The notes under the pieces are model-generated. The model ran no database searches, had not been told where the DNA came from, and saw only the letters and a list, made by a program, of their open reading frames with translations. The position numbers and the translations under genes were made by a program. Shown here piece by piece: positions 1-14,430 of a stretch of DNA of 64,000 bases. Every line of letters begins with the position of its first letter. Positions within the stretch are counted from its first letter, which is position 1. The stretch lies in assembly GCA_964016885.1 (NCBI GenBank), contig OZ024754.1:6324001-6388000 (forward strand), in the 5' to 3' direction. Source of the DNA: Eledone cirrhosa (Eukaryota).

Positions 1-349
1 CTACCAGGAGTTACATACAGGTCTATACATCCATTGTAAATTACAATGTATAGATGTGTAGGTGGTCAACAGAATCAGTTTAGCAGATTGTGTACAAAGT
101 TCAGAGATATTTGCTTCTTTCTATAATAGAAGATTACATTGTTTCTCATTGAGTGGTTGGTTGATAAAGAGGAACCAGTTAATCCTACTTCATGGTTTAG
201 TGATAAACAGTAGGAATAGAAACGACATCATACTATTACAAACTAACAAAATGTCCCAAACTATTGCAGTAGTAGAGTGTTGTCTTATGAAAGTGTGTGG
301 TCTTGTGGTTAGGGTATTCAGCTCACAATTGTAAGATGAAGTGTTGTCT

Positions 350-670
350 TGTGAAGGCATGTGGCCTTGTGGTTAGGGTATTCGGTTCACAATCGTAAGG
401 TTGTGAGTTCAGTTCCTGGCGGCGCGTTGTGTCCTTGAGCAAGACACTTTATTTCACGTTGCGCCAGTCAACCCAGTTCGCAAAAATGAGTTGTACCCGT
501 AACTCAAAGGGCCAGCTTTGTCACATTCTGCGTCATGCTGAGAACTACATTAAGAGTATGCATGTCTGTAGAATAGTCAACCACTTGCATGTTAATTTCA
601 CGAGCAGGCTGTTCTACTGATTGGATCAACTGGAACACTCGTCGTCATAACCAACGGAGTGCCTCGTAAA
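350..670 (+). mobile_element. tRNA-derived SINE family A
   Basis: A box TGGCCTTGTGG, B box GAGTTCAGTTCC, GTGTCCTTGAGCAAGACAC body. TSD TAGAGTGTTGTCT at 273-285 and 671-683, with a duplicated 5' stub at 286-337. Relatives at 1252, 21320, 58460(-). Confidence 0.85.
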
Positions 671-805
671 TAGAGTGTTGTCTATACAAACAGTTCTGAA
701 CATGTGATTTAACAATCACATACAATGCTTTAGCTTCTATCTTGAGTGGCTCTTGGGCACTATGACATTTCTATTATATTATATCATACTTATTTATTTA
801 TCTTC

Positions 806-1232
806 GTTGCTGTAGTGGAGTCTGTGCTGCCGTACTGGTCTGAGACATGGACACTGACCAAGAAACTCACTCAGATGGCGGATGGGTGCTACACAAGAAT
901 GCTGAGGATGGCTCTGAACATTAATCAGTATACACTGAGGGTGCAGAACTCAGAGCTGTATGGGAGCCTCCCAAAAGTCAGCTCAAAAATGACAGAGGTT
1001 AGCTGGACATGCTCACCGACATCCAGAGTTGACACTGCACTCAGTGCTCCTGTGGGAACTTCTGCATGGACACACTGGAAGAGGCGGACCGAGGTTAACA
1101 TAAGTTGATGCCCTAAGGACAGAAACTGGTCTCTTGGAGACGCAGGACATGGCAGCGATAATGAGGGACAGAGACCGCTGGAGAGAACTCGTTCATTGAT
1201 CTCGGGAATTTTACCCGCCCTAGATAGATAGA
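806..1232 (+). mobile_element. RTE-type LINE 3' fragment
   Basis: VVESVLPYWSETWTLTKKL...DGCYTRMLRMALN...; (TAGA)n tail. Confidence 0.85.
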
Positions 1233-1484
1233 TACTTATTTATATATTATGTGAAAGTGTGTGGTTTAGTGGTTAGAGTGTTGAGCTCAGAATCATGAGA
1301 TTGTGAGTTCAATTTATGATGCATTGTATCTTTGAGCAAGAAATTTTATTTCAGATTGCTCTAGTTCACTCAGCTGGTAAACAGGAATTGTGATATCACT
1401 GGTGCTGAGCTCTATCAACTTTAACCTTTCCCTTGGACTACATCATATATAATGTATCTATCTTCTTATTGAGTCACTGCATCA

Positions 1485-1700
1485 CTACACCACACACATC
1501 CAGTGTTGCACACAGAGCCTTGCCTGGGATGTTAACAGTTCAAGGTCGTTAAGTATTCATGAATCTTCAAGACTGGGGCAAAATAGAAGGTGCTCCATAT
1601 TTTATAATTGCCCACATTGGCAGTTGGAATCATTATTGGTGGTATATCCCCATTTCTGAAGGTTGACTCTACAGAGATCAACAGCTGTTTTATACTCACT
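1485..1700 (-). mobile_element. Degenerate LINE ORF2 C-terminus with CCHC knuckle (I/Ingi/Nimb-like)
   Basis: - frame reads CRVNLQKWGYTTNNDSNCQCGQL*NMEHLLFCPSLEDS*ILNDLELLTSQARLCVQHW. Confidence 0.6.
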
Positions 1701-4374
1701 GGTCTTGAATAATTGTCCTCACCTCCAGATTATTAATCCGGCCAGAATTCTCTCACCTCTTTCTGTTCAAATTGGCTGTAACCGGCCACTCATACTGATG
1801 TTAAGGTATTCTTCTCAAAATAAATAATATCAAAATTGCATTGACTTGATATTATGTGAGATTATTATATGAGATAAAGCCTTTACCACAAAAATATGAT
1901 AGTAAATATAAGGTAATATAAATGCTAAAGAGTTAATTTCTCAGCTTTTTTCCAACTCCACCGCTTATTCATTAATTTTGCTAATCTATCTCTGATGAAA
2001 TTTTATTTTAAGTGGTAGCAATCCTACAACAATCAATTTTCTTTATACATTAAAAAAATATTATACATGACGAAACAAAAATACATTTCTATAAACTATA
2101 AATCTCATACATTATAAAATAAAAAGGATGGGTTGGGGGGTCTCAATCATCATCATCACTGTTTTATGTCCATTCTTCCACGCTAGCATTGGTTAGACGG
2201 GTTATCCTGTTGTGGGCAATGGTAGGTTAGGTGTCCATGTCTTGCTCATACAGATACAGAACTGATTTTAGCTAGGTTTCTACAGCTGGATGCCCTTCCT
2301 AACACCAACATCATTTACAGTAAGTACTGGGTGCCTTTTTACTATGACACCTCCACGACCACTTTACAGTGGGAGGGAGTGGGGGCATACTGTCTATATG
2401 CTTCAGCTTCGGCTTGTACCCATGGGAAGTTGGTTCTTCTGTATTACTGCGAAACGCCAGAGTTGTTGGTCCTGTATCTTCTCAATATGTAAACTAAACG
2501 AGTAATTCTGGATTTTTAAAAAATTAATGGAGACAACCTAGAAAAATTACTGATTTTCCAACGCCCCACCTCGCTTATTTCAAATATTGTTTGGGACCCG
2601 AGTAATTACTATTTTTTTTTAGTTAAAACTGACTGTCCAGACTGGAGATTCATGGCCCTTGGTCCATAACTCTGAAGCTGAGGATTGAGTAGTTATTTCC
2701 ATTTTCCCAATGGTATGTATGTGTGTGTGGGTGGGGGGTACACCAAGGCCAACGGTGAAATTGGGGAGACGAAAACTGTTTGGGATTTGGGAGCTGGTCG
2801 GATGGACTGAAACTGGAATTCAAAGAATCAGCTATGAGAAACTGAATCTCCCTGAGAACCGTGTAAAGTGTACACGTGTTTATGGATTGCTCAGCCACTG
2901 ACATGTTAATTTCACGAGCAGACTGTTCTGTTGAGTGATCGAACAACAAGAATATTTATCATCTAAACCGGTCGGTATGTATGTGTGTGTATGTTTCAGT
3001 AAGTGTAAAAATCAATACATGTAATTCTGCAGTTTTACAATTATGTTCGTTTTGGACATCCGTCGAAATGATAAGTAATTGTTAGCTTCTCAAGAGCAGG
3101 TAATGACTATTCAGATTGCCCGGATGTTGGACAGCTTTTCCATCTACGAAAGTTACAAACAACCAACCTTAAAATTGCAGGGACGCAATACAATTCGAGA
3201 AAGCATGTAGAAAATTATTTGAAAATCATCTACTTTGTAGGTTATTATTTTTTTAAATATCTTTTTTTGCTATCATTCGACATTTTAAACTCTTATTTTT
3301 TTAATTGTACATCTGTTAACAACAACCATTTAATGATTTTAAAAATATAGAGTTTATGTTTATAAATAATCTTTTATCCGAAAATAGTAGATGTAATAAA
3401 TAATAATTTTATACGAAAAGTCTAAAACAGTAAATAAAGAAAAACAAAAATATCAAAATCTCACTTTCCCATAAATCTGCAAAAAAGAAAGAAAGAGAAT
3501 CGTACGTTCTTCTAATTAACATATCTCATTGACTTTTATTTTTCTTCTGTTAAATAAATACACCTTTTTTGTTCTATTTAGAAATTTTAAAATTGTTTAT
3601 TTATTTATTTATTGTGTAAATCGATATCATTTGTACTTTTAAGGGACTGTAATATTAAGTGCGGGATGATATTTCAAAATGTCAACTGACTTCCAGCTGG
3701 ATATTTAGGCTGAAATGTCACGAACAAATTATATTAGAAACAAAACAAAAAAATAACATTAATCGTTTTAAACCTAAGTAAAGACTTCCAAAATGTATTA
3801 AAAAAAAAAATTAATTTATTAATGTGACATCATCTGCCGACACATAAAAGTTTTATCTTCCGCTTGTCTCATAAAGCAAATTTTACACTCCCTATACAAG
3901 GGAAGTAACCTCGTTTATTAATAAATACATAACTAAAAATATTAATTATCTTCACAATAATATTTCGTTTACTTTTATTTAAAAGTTCATATTTTTATTG
4001 ATTTTAATTATAATTTTCTTAACATTGAATTTTCTTTAAATATGAAAGAGCTTGATGTATTCAGCATTCGTTCCGTTAAATTTTGCTTCATCATTACTTC
4101 TCAGGTAATGTTTCGGTTCGTTTGTTTGGCACATAACCCTTTTATTCTTCTACTGGTTCCATGGTTTCAGCCATTTGATTGTGGCCAAGCTGTAGCACCG
4201 CCTTGATCTAGTCGATCATATCGACCCCATTCCTTTTTTTTCTCAAATCGATCACTTTTTTTTGTCAATCCGCTATATATATATATATATAATAAGGAGT
4301 TGACGGACCCAGCATATATATATATCATTCATGACATCCTTTACTTTGAATGTAATATTATAATAATAATAATG

Positions 4375-4697
4375 ATTTCATTTATTAGCCACAAGGGCCG
4401 ACATGTAGGGGACAATACAAAGACATGGACGGTGGGGGTTTACAATAAGGTCGAGTAAAAGTGCACAATGGCAAGACTAATTTAACAATGAAAATATAAA
4501 ATAAACTATGCATAAATATAACAAAATAAATTCCCCGATAGGGGGTGGACGACCCTGGGGTGACTCGGGTACCCCACCAATCCTGAACCACCCTGCGCTT
4601 CTAGGGCACCCAGGGAGAGCACCCCTCTCCTCAAGTTAGCTAGCCTATAGGCGCATGGTCAGAGTAGGCCCATTCACACGAGCCATTCTCACCACAT
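4375..4697 (-). mobile_element. 3' end of an L1/Tx1-like LINE
   Basis: Ends ...CTTGTGGCTAATAAATGAAATC(ATT)n. Short 3' copies at 4983-5045(+) and 45830-45870(-). Clade call tentative. Confidence 0.55.
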
Positions 4698-5906
4698 ATA
4701 ATAATAATAACAATAATATATATATACACATAGCAGATTATAAATATTTAATATAAAAATGGCTTCTGCTACGTATTGAGTACCTTACCTACTGTGGTTA
4801 TCCCCGATTGACCCCGGGATAAACATATATATATATATGTAAAATATACATAAAATTTAAGCCTGTGTGTGTGTGTGTGTGTGTGTGTGCGACGGGCTTC
4901 TGTAGTTTCCGTCAACAAAATTCCACTAGGGAGGTATCGTTGCAACAGGACTGAACCTACAAACACGTGATTATACCTGCACCTATTGTCCCCTACATGT
5001 CGACCCTTGTGGCTAATAAATGAAATCATTATTATTATTATTAATCATTATTATCATTATTAAGTAGAATGGCTGTATCGGTAGAGCGTCGGACACCTTG
5101 CTTTGCGGTATAGAGTTACGGCCCTTTGCGTTCTGAGTTCAAACCGCCGCTGAGGTTTAGCTTTGCCTTTCATCATTACGGGGTTGACAAAATAAAGTCG
5201 ATTAAATCGATCTCGGTAATGTACTGGGGTAGATGTAATCGACCGCCCCCCCCCCCCCCCCAAAAAAAAATAGCTGGCCTTGTGCATAAATCAGAAACCA
5301 TTATTATTATTATTATTATTATTATCACCCCACAGTCGATAGGAAGTATTGGTAGAGGGTCGGACGCCATGCTTTGCGGCATAGTGTTAAGGTCTGAGTT
5401 CAAATCCCGGTTAATTTTGCCTTTCATCCTTACGAGGTCGATGAAATAAAGTACCAGTAATGCACTGGGATAAGTAGAAACAATTATTATCTCTCTCTCT
5501 CTCACTCACACACACACATATATATAAATTTATCCCGGGTTCAATCGGGGGTAACCATAGTAAGTAAGGTACTCAATACATAGCAGAGTAAAAATATTTA
5601 ATAGAGAAAAGTCTTCTACAGGACTAGAAACTGTTTCATTCAGGAGAAATCATATATATATATCGTTTTGTTTTTTAAAACACTAGATTTGTCAGTTGTT
5701 TTCCAGGTCAAACAACAGATAATAATTTCCATTGGTTTACAATGATGTTAGTTGTTTTTCCTTGCCTCCCCCACTGTTATTTGCACAGCGAAACTTTCTA
5801 TTAATCACTCTACTTTCCTGAACATTAGGAAATATCTGCATTTTTCCTTTGTACTATTTCAATTGCAAAAATCAATTCCATTTTTATCTTAAACCCTCAC
5901 TTTATG

Positions 5907-5983
<77 letters not shown>

Positions 5984-6329
5984 GACGTAAAATAAGAAAA
6001 TTATAAAAATTAACTTACTAAGTTAATTTTTATAATTTTCTTATTTTACGTCTTTCATATAATTGTTTTGCATCCCCTTGCATTGAACCACAAAGTTACT
6101 AAGACAAAACCTATATTTGCTAGCATAGGTATGCATCTGTATATATATGTTGGTAGATAATTCTTTATATATATATATATATTATAAAGAGTCAGGATCC
6201 CCAATGGCTAAGCTCTCGTCAGGGGTCCCAACTCTTATAATATAACCATACTCTACTACCCCAAGTATTGAGTACTCTGGTGAGTAATGGTCTAACTGGT
6301 TTCAAACTGAATCCATCCTGATTTATATG

Positions 6330-6366
<37 letters not shown>

Positions 6367-6449
6367 GTTATTCCGGGTTGAATCGGAAGTAACCACAGTA
6401 AGTAAGGTACTCAATACATTGCAGAGTATAAAAGTTTTAATATAGATGA

Positions 6450-6498
6450 GATTCTACAGGACTAGAACTGTTTCATTCTTTAGAAATCATCAGGAATC
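6450..6498 (-). ncRNA. Hammerhead motif (family X); mirrored + copy at 6494-6542
   Basis: GAUUC CUGAUGA UUUC-UAAA-GAAU GAAA CAG-UUCUAGUC-CUG UA^ GAAUC. Stem II closes with a non-canonical U-U. Confidence 0.7.
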
Positions 6499-6906
6499 CT
6501 GATGATTTCTAAAGAATGAAACAGTTCTAGTCCTGTAGAATCTCATCTATATTAAAACTATATATATATATATATATATAACAAAGAAAGTGTGGTAAGA
6601 TACCAGGTGGACCATAACGCACCAGAGTACTCAATACTTAGGGTAGTGGAGTGGGTACTAGGAAAAAAGTCAGGACCCCGACGGCTGAGCTCCGGCTGTT
6701 TCGAAAGCTAGATCCCAACTCGGATATATATATATATGTAGAAGAGATATTTAATTTGTTGGAAATCCAACAAATATAGATGTTTATAACTGATTCAGAG
6801 CACTCAACAGATTTCTGGAGTAAGTATTCAATGATATTTCCAGGGATAACTTGAACCGTTAAGGTATATTATCCTTGGATATGTCAAATATTTATAAAAC
6901 ATTTTG

Positions 6907-6968
6907 TATTTTATCTGATGATAGCGTACCAAAATTTTTGGTACCCTTGAAATATATAAAATAGAATA
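6907..6968 (+). ncRNA. Hammerhead motif (family Z), cleavage-site U mutated
   Basis: Same as 19921-19981 but GAAA UAUAUA AA AUAGAAUA. Confidence 0.6.
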
Positions 6969-7772
6969 AATATGGTTTTATAAATATAGTTTCCATTTAT
7001 TTAATATCATTGTATATATATATATATATATATATACAGTCTGTGGTGCTGAGACCGAGGAGACCACTAATCATGGGAGTACTCAATGCATGGGGAGATG
7101 CAGAGTGGGTATAGAGATATGTAAAATCCCAACCACCGAAACTGCCATGATTTCCTACGAATGAAACAGTTCTAATCCTGTAGAAGCCATTTCTATATTA
7201 AATATTTATACTCTGCTATGTATTGAGTACCTTACTTACCGTGGTTACCCCCGATTGAACCTGGGATACACACACACTTCTACTGTGGGATGCCTTTCCT
7301 AACACCAACCATTTCAATCTATATCATGGCACCATTCTAAAATAATCAAGCATGTGTAGGGATTTAATAACATAACTAACTTTCTCATTATGAACTTGGT
7401 AACCCATCATTAGTGTATTTCTAATGAAATATTTTGTCTTTTAATTATGAAATTTCATATAAAATGATATCATTAAGATGATATTTGTAACACAACATTT
7501 TCTTATATCCAGCCATAGAAACCAAGCCAAAACTAGTTCTAGTTCTGTATGAGCAAGACATGGTCATTGAACCTGGTTTGTCTCACAACAGGGCAACACA
7601 TCTAACCAATGCTAGCGTAGAAAAATGGATGTTAACCTTTTAACATTTAAACTGGCTGAATCCAGCCAGAATTCTCTCACCTCTTTCTGTTCAAACAAGT
7701 CATGACCAGCTGCTCATAGATTCAATATTATGTGAGATAATTATGTAAGGTAAAGCCTTTACTGTGAAAATA

Positions 7773-7992
7773 GTCAGTCGATCGACTCTCGTCAAATCGG
7801 ACCGAGGAAACAATGTTTCCATGGGTCTTTCCAATTGCTAATACTGTCTATCGGTCGCACTCCAGGTAGAAGGAGCAACGTGAAATAAAGTGTCTTGCTC
7901 AAGGACATAACGCATCACCTGGTCCTGGAATTGAAATCACAATCACACGATTGTGAATCCAATTCTCTAACTACTCAGCCACACGCCTTCAC
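7773..7992 (-). mobile_element. tRNA-derived SINE nested in a piggyBac-like MITE
   Basis: 12-bp TSD ACTGTGAAAATA (7761-7772, 7993-8004). Near-identical copy at 59440-59656. Confidence 0.85.
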
Positions 7993-8508
7993 ACTGTGAA
8001 AATATAATAATATATATATATAGAGTAATGTAAATGCTAATGGGTTAAACAGTGATGATGATGAAAAATTATGATGGGGGAGATATTTAGACGAATATAA
8101 ACATTTTAAAACTAAACAGCTTTGTATTGTAAAAGCAGGAGAAGTTTCAGCCTATTTAGCATGAAAAAGGGTTAAAGGGTGCAGAATAAGGAGATTCTAT
8201 AGCTATTCCTAGAAGATTACCAAGATAAAGATTGGAGAAATATTTCTGTGTTTCAACTTAAGTACCTTATATACCAGATAGCAATCAATTATGGTAGAAC
8301 AGTGATTAGTCACGGAATCTCGGTAGGGAAAACACAAGCCAATGTCTAGCCCCTGCCCTCCTCTAAACACACTCTCTCTCATACATTTATATTCACACAC
8401 ATTATACACTATATTCACACACACACCACACGCTTATATTCACAGAGACATAATAGAAAAGGCGTTTCCCCGGAAGTGAAGGAGATGCACTGGAATTGAT
8501 GTTATTCA

Positions 8509-9392
8509 CTAGACCCAAACTCCTCAAAGGAAGAGTTAAACCAGACATATGTCCTTCCAAACTAGACCCAACCCCTCAAGAGAGAGTTAAACCACACATA
8601 TGTCCTTCTAAACTAGACCCAAACCCCTCAAGGAAGAGTTAAACCAGACATATGTCATTCTAAACTAGACCCAAATCCCTCAAGAAAGAGTTAAACCAGA
8701 CATATGTCCTTCCAAACTAGACCCAAACCCCTCAAGGAAGAGTTAAACCAGACATATGTCATTCTAAACTAGACCCAAATCCCTCAAGAAAGAGTTAAAC
8801 CACACATATGTCCTTCTAAACTAGACCCAAACCCCTCAAGAAAGAGTTAAACCAGACATATGTCCTTCTAAACTAAACTCAAACCCCTCAAGGAAGAGTT
8901 AAACCACACATGTCCTTCTAAACTAGACCCAACCCCCTCAAGGAAGAGTTAAACCACACATATGTCCTTCTAAACTAGACCCAAACCCCTCAAGGAAGAG
9001 TTAAACCACACATATGTCCTTCTAAACTAATCTCAAACCCCTCAAGAAAGAGTTAAACCACACATATGTCCTTCTAAACTAGACCCAAACCCCTCAAGGA
9101 ACAGTTAAACCACACATATGTCCTTCTAAACTAGACCCAAACCCCTCAAGAAAGAGTTAAACCAGACATATGTCATTCCAAACTAGACCCAACCCCTCAA
9201 GAAAGAGTTAAACCACACATATGTCCTTCTAAACTAGACCCAAACCCCTCAAGAAAGAGTTAAACCACACATATGTCCTTCTAAACTAGACCCAAACCCC
9301 TCAAGGAACAGTTAAACCACACATATGTCCTTCTAAACTAAACTCAAACCCCTCAAGGAAGAGTTAAACCACACATATGTCCTTCTAAACTA
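8509..9392. repeat. 52-bp minisatellite, ~17 copies
   Basis: Unit ACTAGACCCAAACCCCTCAAGGAAGAGTTAAACCACACATATGTCCTTCTAA. Confidence 0.95.
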
Positions 9393-10453
9393 TGTCCGAA
9401 TCCTCTCAGCAAAACAACCACCAACCTCCATAAAGTCCAATCCAGAACTCCAAAAATAAAATACATTCAATGTTGTTGCTATCTGTTATTATTGACGGCA
9501 TGGGTCTACTAGTTTTAGATTTAGATCAATTTGTATTGATCTGCTATAACACTAGAGAAGCCATAGAAAGTATTACTTAAATAGCTTTCAGGTCCAATAC
9601 ACTTCTGAAGATAGGAGTGTAACATTATTTTTCTTCTGCAGCTGTGCATTTCTTTTAACCTTTTTGATACTAACCTGCCCCAAACTACCTCTGTTTCTAG
9701 GAAAAATTCCCCATCCCCTGAAAAAAACAATAACAAAAATAAAAACATCCAATTTAAAGGGTGCCAACTTAAATTATAATCTTCCAACATAATTTTATAT
9801 AAGAACATTTTATGTTATAAATACCATCTGAATAAAATTGTAAGTTTAGTAAATTCATTTCGGTATTTGTATCAACCCTTACCTATGGTCATGTATGTTG
9901 GGTAATGACCAAAAGAATATGATTGCGAATACAAGTGGCCGAAATGGGGTTCCTCCAAAGGGTCTTTGGAGTAACGCTACTCAACAGAGTATGTAGCTTG
10001 GATATCAGAGAGTCACTACTTCTCTGAATTGAGAGATCACAGCTCTGATACTACAGGTATGTAGTTAAAATGTCTCAGGAAGGAATTAATAGACAGATTT
10101 TACAGGCAAAACAAACTGGCAGGAAACCCAGTGGTAGATCTTGCTTGGGGACCCAGTTGGATTAGTTGGAGACAGTTGCTTCTGACAGTACTCGCTTGAA
10201 GGAGTGTTTCAGGACTCTGCCCTCACAGCCCTCTCAGGAATATGTAGCTGAAGAAGTGAATCCTTCATAAATTTTTCATTAATTAAAATACAAAATATCT
10301 AATTTGAAATATGACGAAAAGGTTAAAACTGAAATTGATTTTATTCCAGTTACTTTCTCTATTTTAATGTCCCCACCCCCATAATTTTATCAATGATGAT
10401 TTACTGTCTTATGAATTAACTAAAGCTCTTTCCAAGGTTCATTAATTGTGAGA

Positions 10454-10990
10454 TTAAGGTTTCACCAACACCCTCACCCACCCAATGGTAGTGATGTTAA
10501 GGTTATCACCAACACCCTCAGCTAACCAGTGGTGGTGATGTTAAGGTTTCACCGACGCCCTCACCCACCCAATGGTAGTGATGTTAAGGTTTCACCGACG
10601 CCCTCACCCACCCAATGGTGGTGATGTTAAGGTTATCACCAACACCCTCGGCTAACCAGTGGTGGTGATGTTAAGGTTTCACCGACGCCCTCACCCACCC
10701 AATGGTAGTGATGTTAAGGTTTCACCGACGCCCTCACCCACCCAATGGTAGTGATGTTAAGGTTTCACCGACGCCCTCACCCACCCAATGGTGGTGATGT
10801 TAAGGTTATCACCAACACCCTCGGCTAACCAGTGGTGGTGATGTTTTTCACCGACACCCTCACCCACCCAATGGTGGTAATGTTAAGGTTTCACCGACGC
10901 CCTCACCCACCCAATGGTGGTGATGTTAAGGTTTCACCGACGCCCTCACCCACCCAATGGTGGTGATGTTAAGGTTATCAACAACACGCT
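10454..10990. repeat. 43/44-bp minisatellite, ~12 copies, two interleaved variants
   Basis: TTAAGGTTTCACCGACGCCCTCACCCACCCAATGGTRGTGATG and TTAAGGTTATCACCAACACCCTCGGCTAACCAGTGGTGGTGATG. Confidence 0.95.
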
Positions 10991-11519
10991 CCACCACCTA
11001 AGTTGTTTGTATGGTGTGTTTTCTGTTTTAGTGAAAAGCACGATTCATTGATTTTGGACAATCACTCCAGGTCTGCCAAGCTATGTTGGGTTATTTATAT
11101 TAACCAATCAAAGGAAACTGCAGACATTTTAATAACTACAATGGTACGAATGATATTGACTAGTTTACCAGGCTATCTTCTTCAAAGGGTTAATCTGCCT
11201 TTGATGCTGGTTGCTTCAAACTTTTGGTAGAGTTGTTAGAGTGATTTGTGGGATTTGTTCTGAGTTGCCACCAAGGTTAGCTTTCCTTTGCTTTTCAGTG
11301 ACCACAAAATAATGTACAAGTCTAGGGAGGTAGATTGACAGAATTGTTAGAGAGTGTCAGTCTTGTGGTATTTGTTTCAGCTCTTTGTATTCTGAGTGGT
11401 GGTCATAATCCATTGCTCAGTTTAACACCACCACCATGACCCTTCAGTGCTTTTAACTAAGTCCACTCTGTTGCAAGAATTTGGACCAGAATTCCAGTTT
11501 GAGAATATTCTCCTTTCTG

Positions 11520-11860
11520 CGAATTGGCAGAGATGTTAGAACATCGGATAAAAGGCTTTATGGTATTCGTTCCAGCTCTCTACTCTCGGAGTTCAAATCC
11601 CGCTGAGGTCAACTTTGCTTTTCATCCTTTCGAGGTTGATAAAAAAAGTACCAGTCTAGTACTGGGGTTGATTCTGCCTCTATATATCTTTCCCAGACCC
11701 CCTCTCCGTCTCTGGAAGAAATCTGCTGTACTCAGGCCTAGAGAGAGATGGGCTCCACTAGGCTTTAAAAATGCCCAAGAATTGCTGTATATCAATACGG
11801 CGCCCCTACAACTCTTATGGAGTTATGGGGACATACATACATACATACATACATACATTC
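11520..11860 (+). mobile_element. SINE family D: family B tRNA head plus a distinct body and (CATA)n tail
   Basis: Body duplicated at 11880-12010. Reverse copy at 46395-46990 contains an 84-bp tandem repeat. Confidence 0.7.
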
Positions 11861-12489
11861 TCTCTCTCACTTTCTATCATTCTCTGGAAGAAATCTGCTG
11901 TACTCGGGTCTGGAGAGGAGGTGGGCCCCGCCAGGTTTAAAATGTCCAAGAAACTCTGTACGTCAATACGGTGACCCTACAACTCTATCAGGAGTTACGA
12001 GACAATACAATTCAGACATTCGTTGTGTGTCTCAGATGGAAATAGAAAGACAAAATCTGTTTTCTCTAGGCTGAGTTTTGAACAGCTGATATTGTGTGTA
12101 GGAGTCCAGTTGATTGTCAATTGTGCCTGAAGGTCATCAAGTCCTGTTACTGTTTGTTTAGGACAGCTTAAAAGTATTTTTCTATGTCAGGAGGCTACTG
12201 TTCAAAGAAATCATGTAGTCACTTTTTGAATGGGAGATTATGGTAACTGTTTATTACTTATTCCCCAGAGGTGGTGGATTAGTAGAATTGTTAGAGTATC
12301 AGGTAGAATACTTTACACTGTTTCTTCCAGTACTCTACATTCTGAGTTCAAATCCTACCAAAGTCAACTTTGCCTTTCATTTTTCCAGGGTGATCAAATA
12401 AAGTACCAGTTAAGTACTGGGGTTGATATAATTCACTTACCCCTTCTCCAAATTGCTGGCCTTCTGAGAAAGAATTATTAATTTATTTC

Positions 12490-12680
12490 TCGGTGGATTG
12501 GCAGAATTGGTAGAGGGTCGGACGCCATGCTTTCCAGCATAGTTACGTCCCTTTACGATCTGAGTTCAAATCCCGCCGAGGTTGACTTTGCCTTTCATCC
12601 TTACGGGGGTCGATAAAATAAAGTACCAGTAATGCACTGGGTAATTGCTGGCCTTGTGCCTAAAGTAGAAACAATTAATT
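12490..12680 (+). mobile_element. tRNA-derived SINE family B (GAGTTCAAATCCCGCCGAGG...AAAGTACCAGT, (ATT)n tail)
   Basis: Many copies: 5062, 5330, 12270, 26186(-), 26435, 27850(-), 36695(-), 51780(-), cluster 52885-54502(-). Confidence 0.85.
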
Positions 12681-13149
12681 TATTTCTCCTCCTAATCCTC
12701 CCACTTATTCCCCAGAGGGTCATGGGGGGGCAGAGTCCTCAAACACTCCTTCCAGCGGGTCCTGTCAGAAGCAACCGTCTCCAACTGATCCGGCTGGGTC
12801 CCCCAAGCGAGACCAGCCAAGCCCATGGATGTTATCCAACCATCTTGCTCGGGGTCTACCCTTGGGTTTTGTCCATAAAATCTGTCCAGTGATTCTTTCC
12901 AAATGCATGTGCCCCCACCTCACACACACACACACTGTGGTTTTTCTATCACGTACACACGTACACACAGCATTCATACACATACATTGCATGCCCCTCC
13001 CCACCTCTACACCACTACACCACCCTCACATCTCAGTTTACTCTACCATTCATATATTTACATGCTTCTATCTCTATTGAATTACACCATATTCTGTTAT
13101 ATTCCATTTATTCTTTGTGGTACATTAAGAAAACAAAACAAAAACAGAT

Positions 13150-14430
13150 CACCAGCATTGTCATCGTTACCACCAACACCCCCACTGTCACTGTCTCCAC
13201 TGTCATCACCACCACCATCCCCAGTCATCGTTACCACCAACACCCCCACTGTCACTGTCTCCACTGTCATCACCACCACCATCCCCAGTCATCATTACCA
13301 CCAACACCCCCACTGTCACTGTCTCCACTGTCATCACCACCACCATCCCCAGTCATCGTTACCACCAACACCCCCACTGTCACTGTCTCCACCATCACCA
13401 CTGTCATCACCACCACCATCCCCAGTCATCATTACCACCAACACCCCCACTGTCACTGTCATCATCACCACCACCATCCCCATCACCACCACCATCCCCA
13501 GTCATCGTTACCACCAACACCCCCACTGTCACTGTCTCCACCATCACCACTGTCATCACCACCACCATCACCATCCCCAGTCATCATTACCACCACCATC
13601 ACCATCCCCACTGTCGTCATTACCACTATCACCATCCCCACTATCATTACCACCATCCCTACCCCACTGTCACCACCAACTCTATCACCATCCCCACTGT
13701 CATTACCACCATCCCTACCCCACTGTCATCACCACCACCACTTCCACTATCACCATCCCCACTGTCATTACCACTACCACTATCACCACCCCCACCACCA
13801 CCACCACTATCACCATCCCCACTGTCATTACCCCCCCCCCACCAACTCTATCACCACCAGTCACTATCATTATCACCCCCCCCCCACCACTACCATCGCT
13901 GTTCTTGTTACCATCGTTCCTATTGTTGCTGGAGTTACCGTTCTTTGCTGTTATTGTTGCCCTATTTAGTGTTTGTTGTTGTTACTACTGTTACTTCCAC
14001 CACTACCACTACCACTACTACTGCTGTTGTCGTTGTTATCATTGTTGTTGCTGTTCTCACTGCTTCTGCTGCTGTTGTTGTTCTCACTGCTGCTGCTGGT
14101 GTTGTTGCTGTTCTCACTGCTGCTGCTGTTGTTGCTGTTCTCACTGCTGCTGCTGTTGTTGCTGTTCTCACTGCTTCTGCTGCTGTTGTTGTTGTTGTTC
14201 TCACTGCTGCTGCTGTTGTTCTCACTGCTGCTGCTGTTGTTGTTGTTGTTGCTGTTCTCACTGCTGCTGCTGCTGTTGTTGTTGTTGCTGTTCTCACTGC
14301 TGCTGCTGCTGTTGTTGTTGTTGCTGTTCTCACTGCTGCTGCTGTTGTTGTTGCTGTTCTCACTGCTGCTGCTGTTGTTGTTGTTGCTGTTCTCACTGCT
14401 GCTGCTGTTGCTGTTCTCACTGCTGCTGTT
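13150..14430. repeat. Compound trinucleotide-based repeats: CAC/CAT 60-bp units, then (CTG/TTG)n-TTCTCA units
   Basis: Visible tandem units. They generate the spurious poly-C/L/H ORFs. Confidence 0.9.

Noticed and set aside
350-420. tRNA gene
   Set aside because: A/B boxes belong to multi-copy SINE heads; no complete cloverleaf.
2623-2712. + strand segment with good acceptor and donor
   Set aside because: Stops in all three frames; at most a non-coding exon, unsupported without RNA data.
8509-9392. CRISPR-like regular repeats (also 10454, 17274, 44375, 47170)
   Set aside because: Contiguous units without unique spacers, no cas genes, eukaryotic context: minisatellites.
9521-9720. Possible - strand exon after a ttttttcag acceptor
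   Set aside because: No recognisable protein in any frame and no linkable neighbouring exons.
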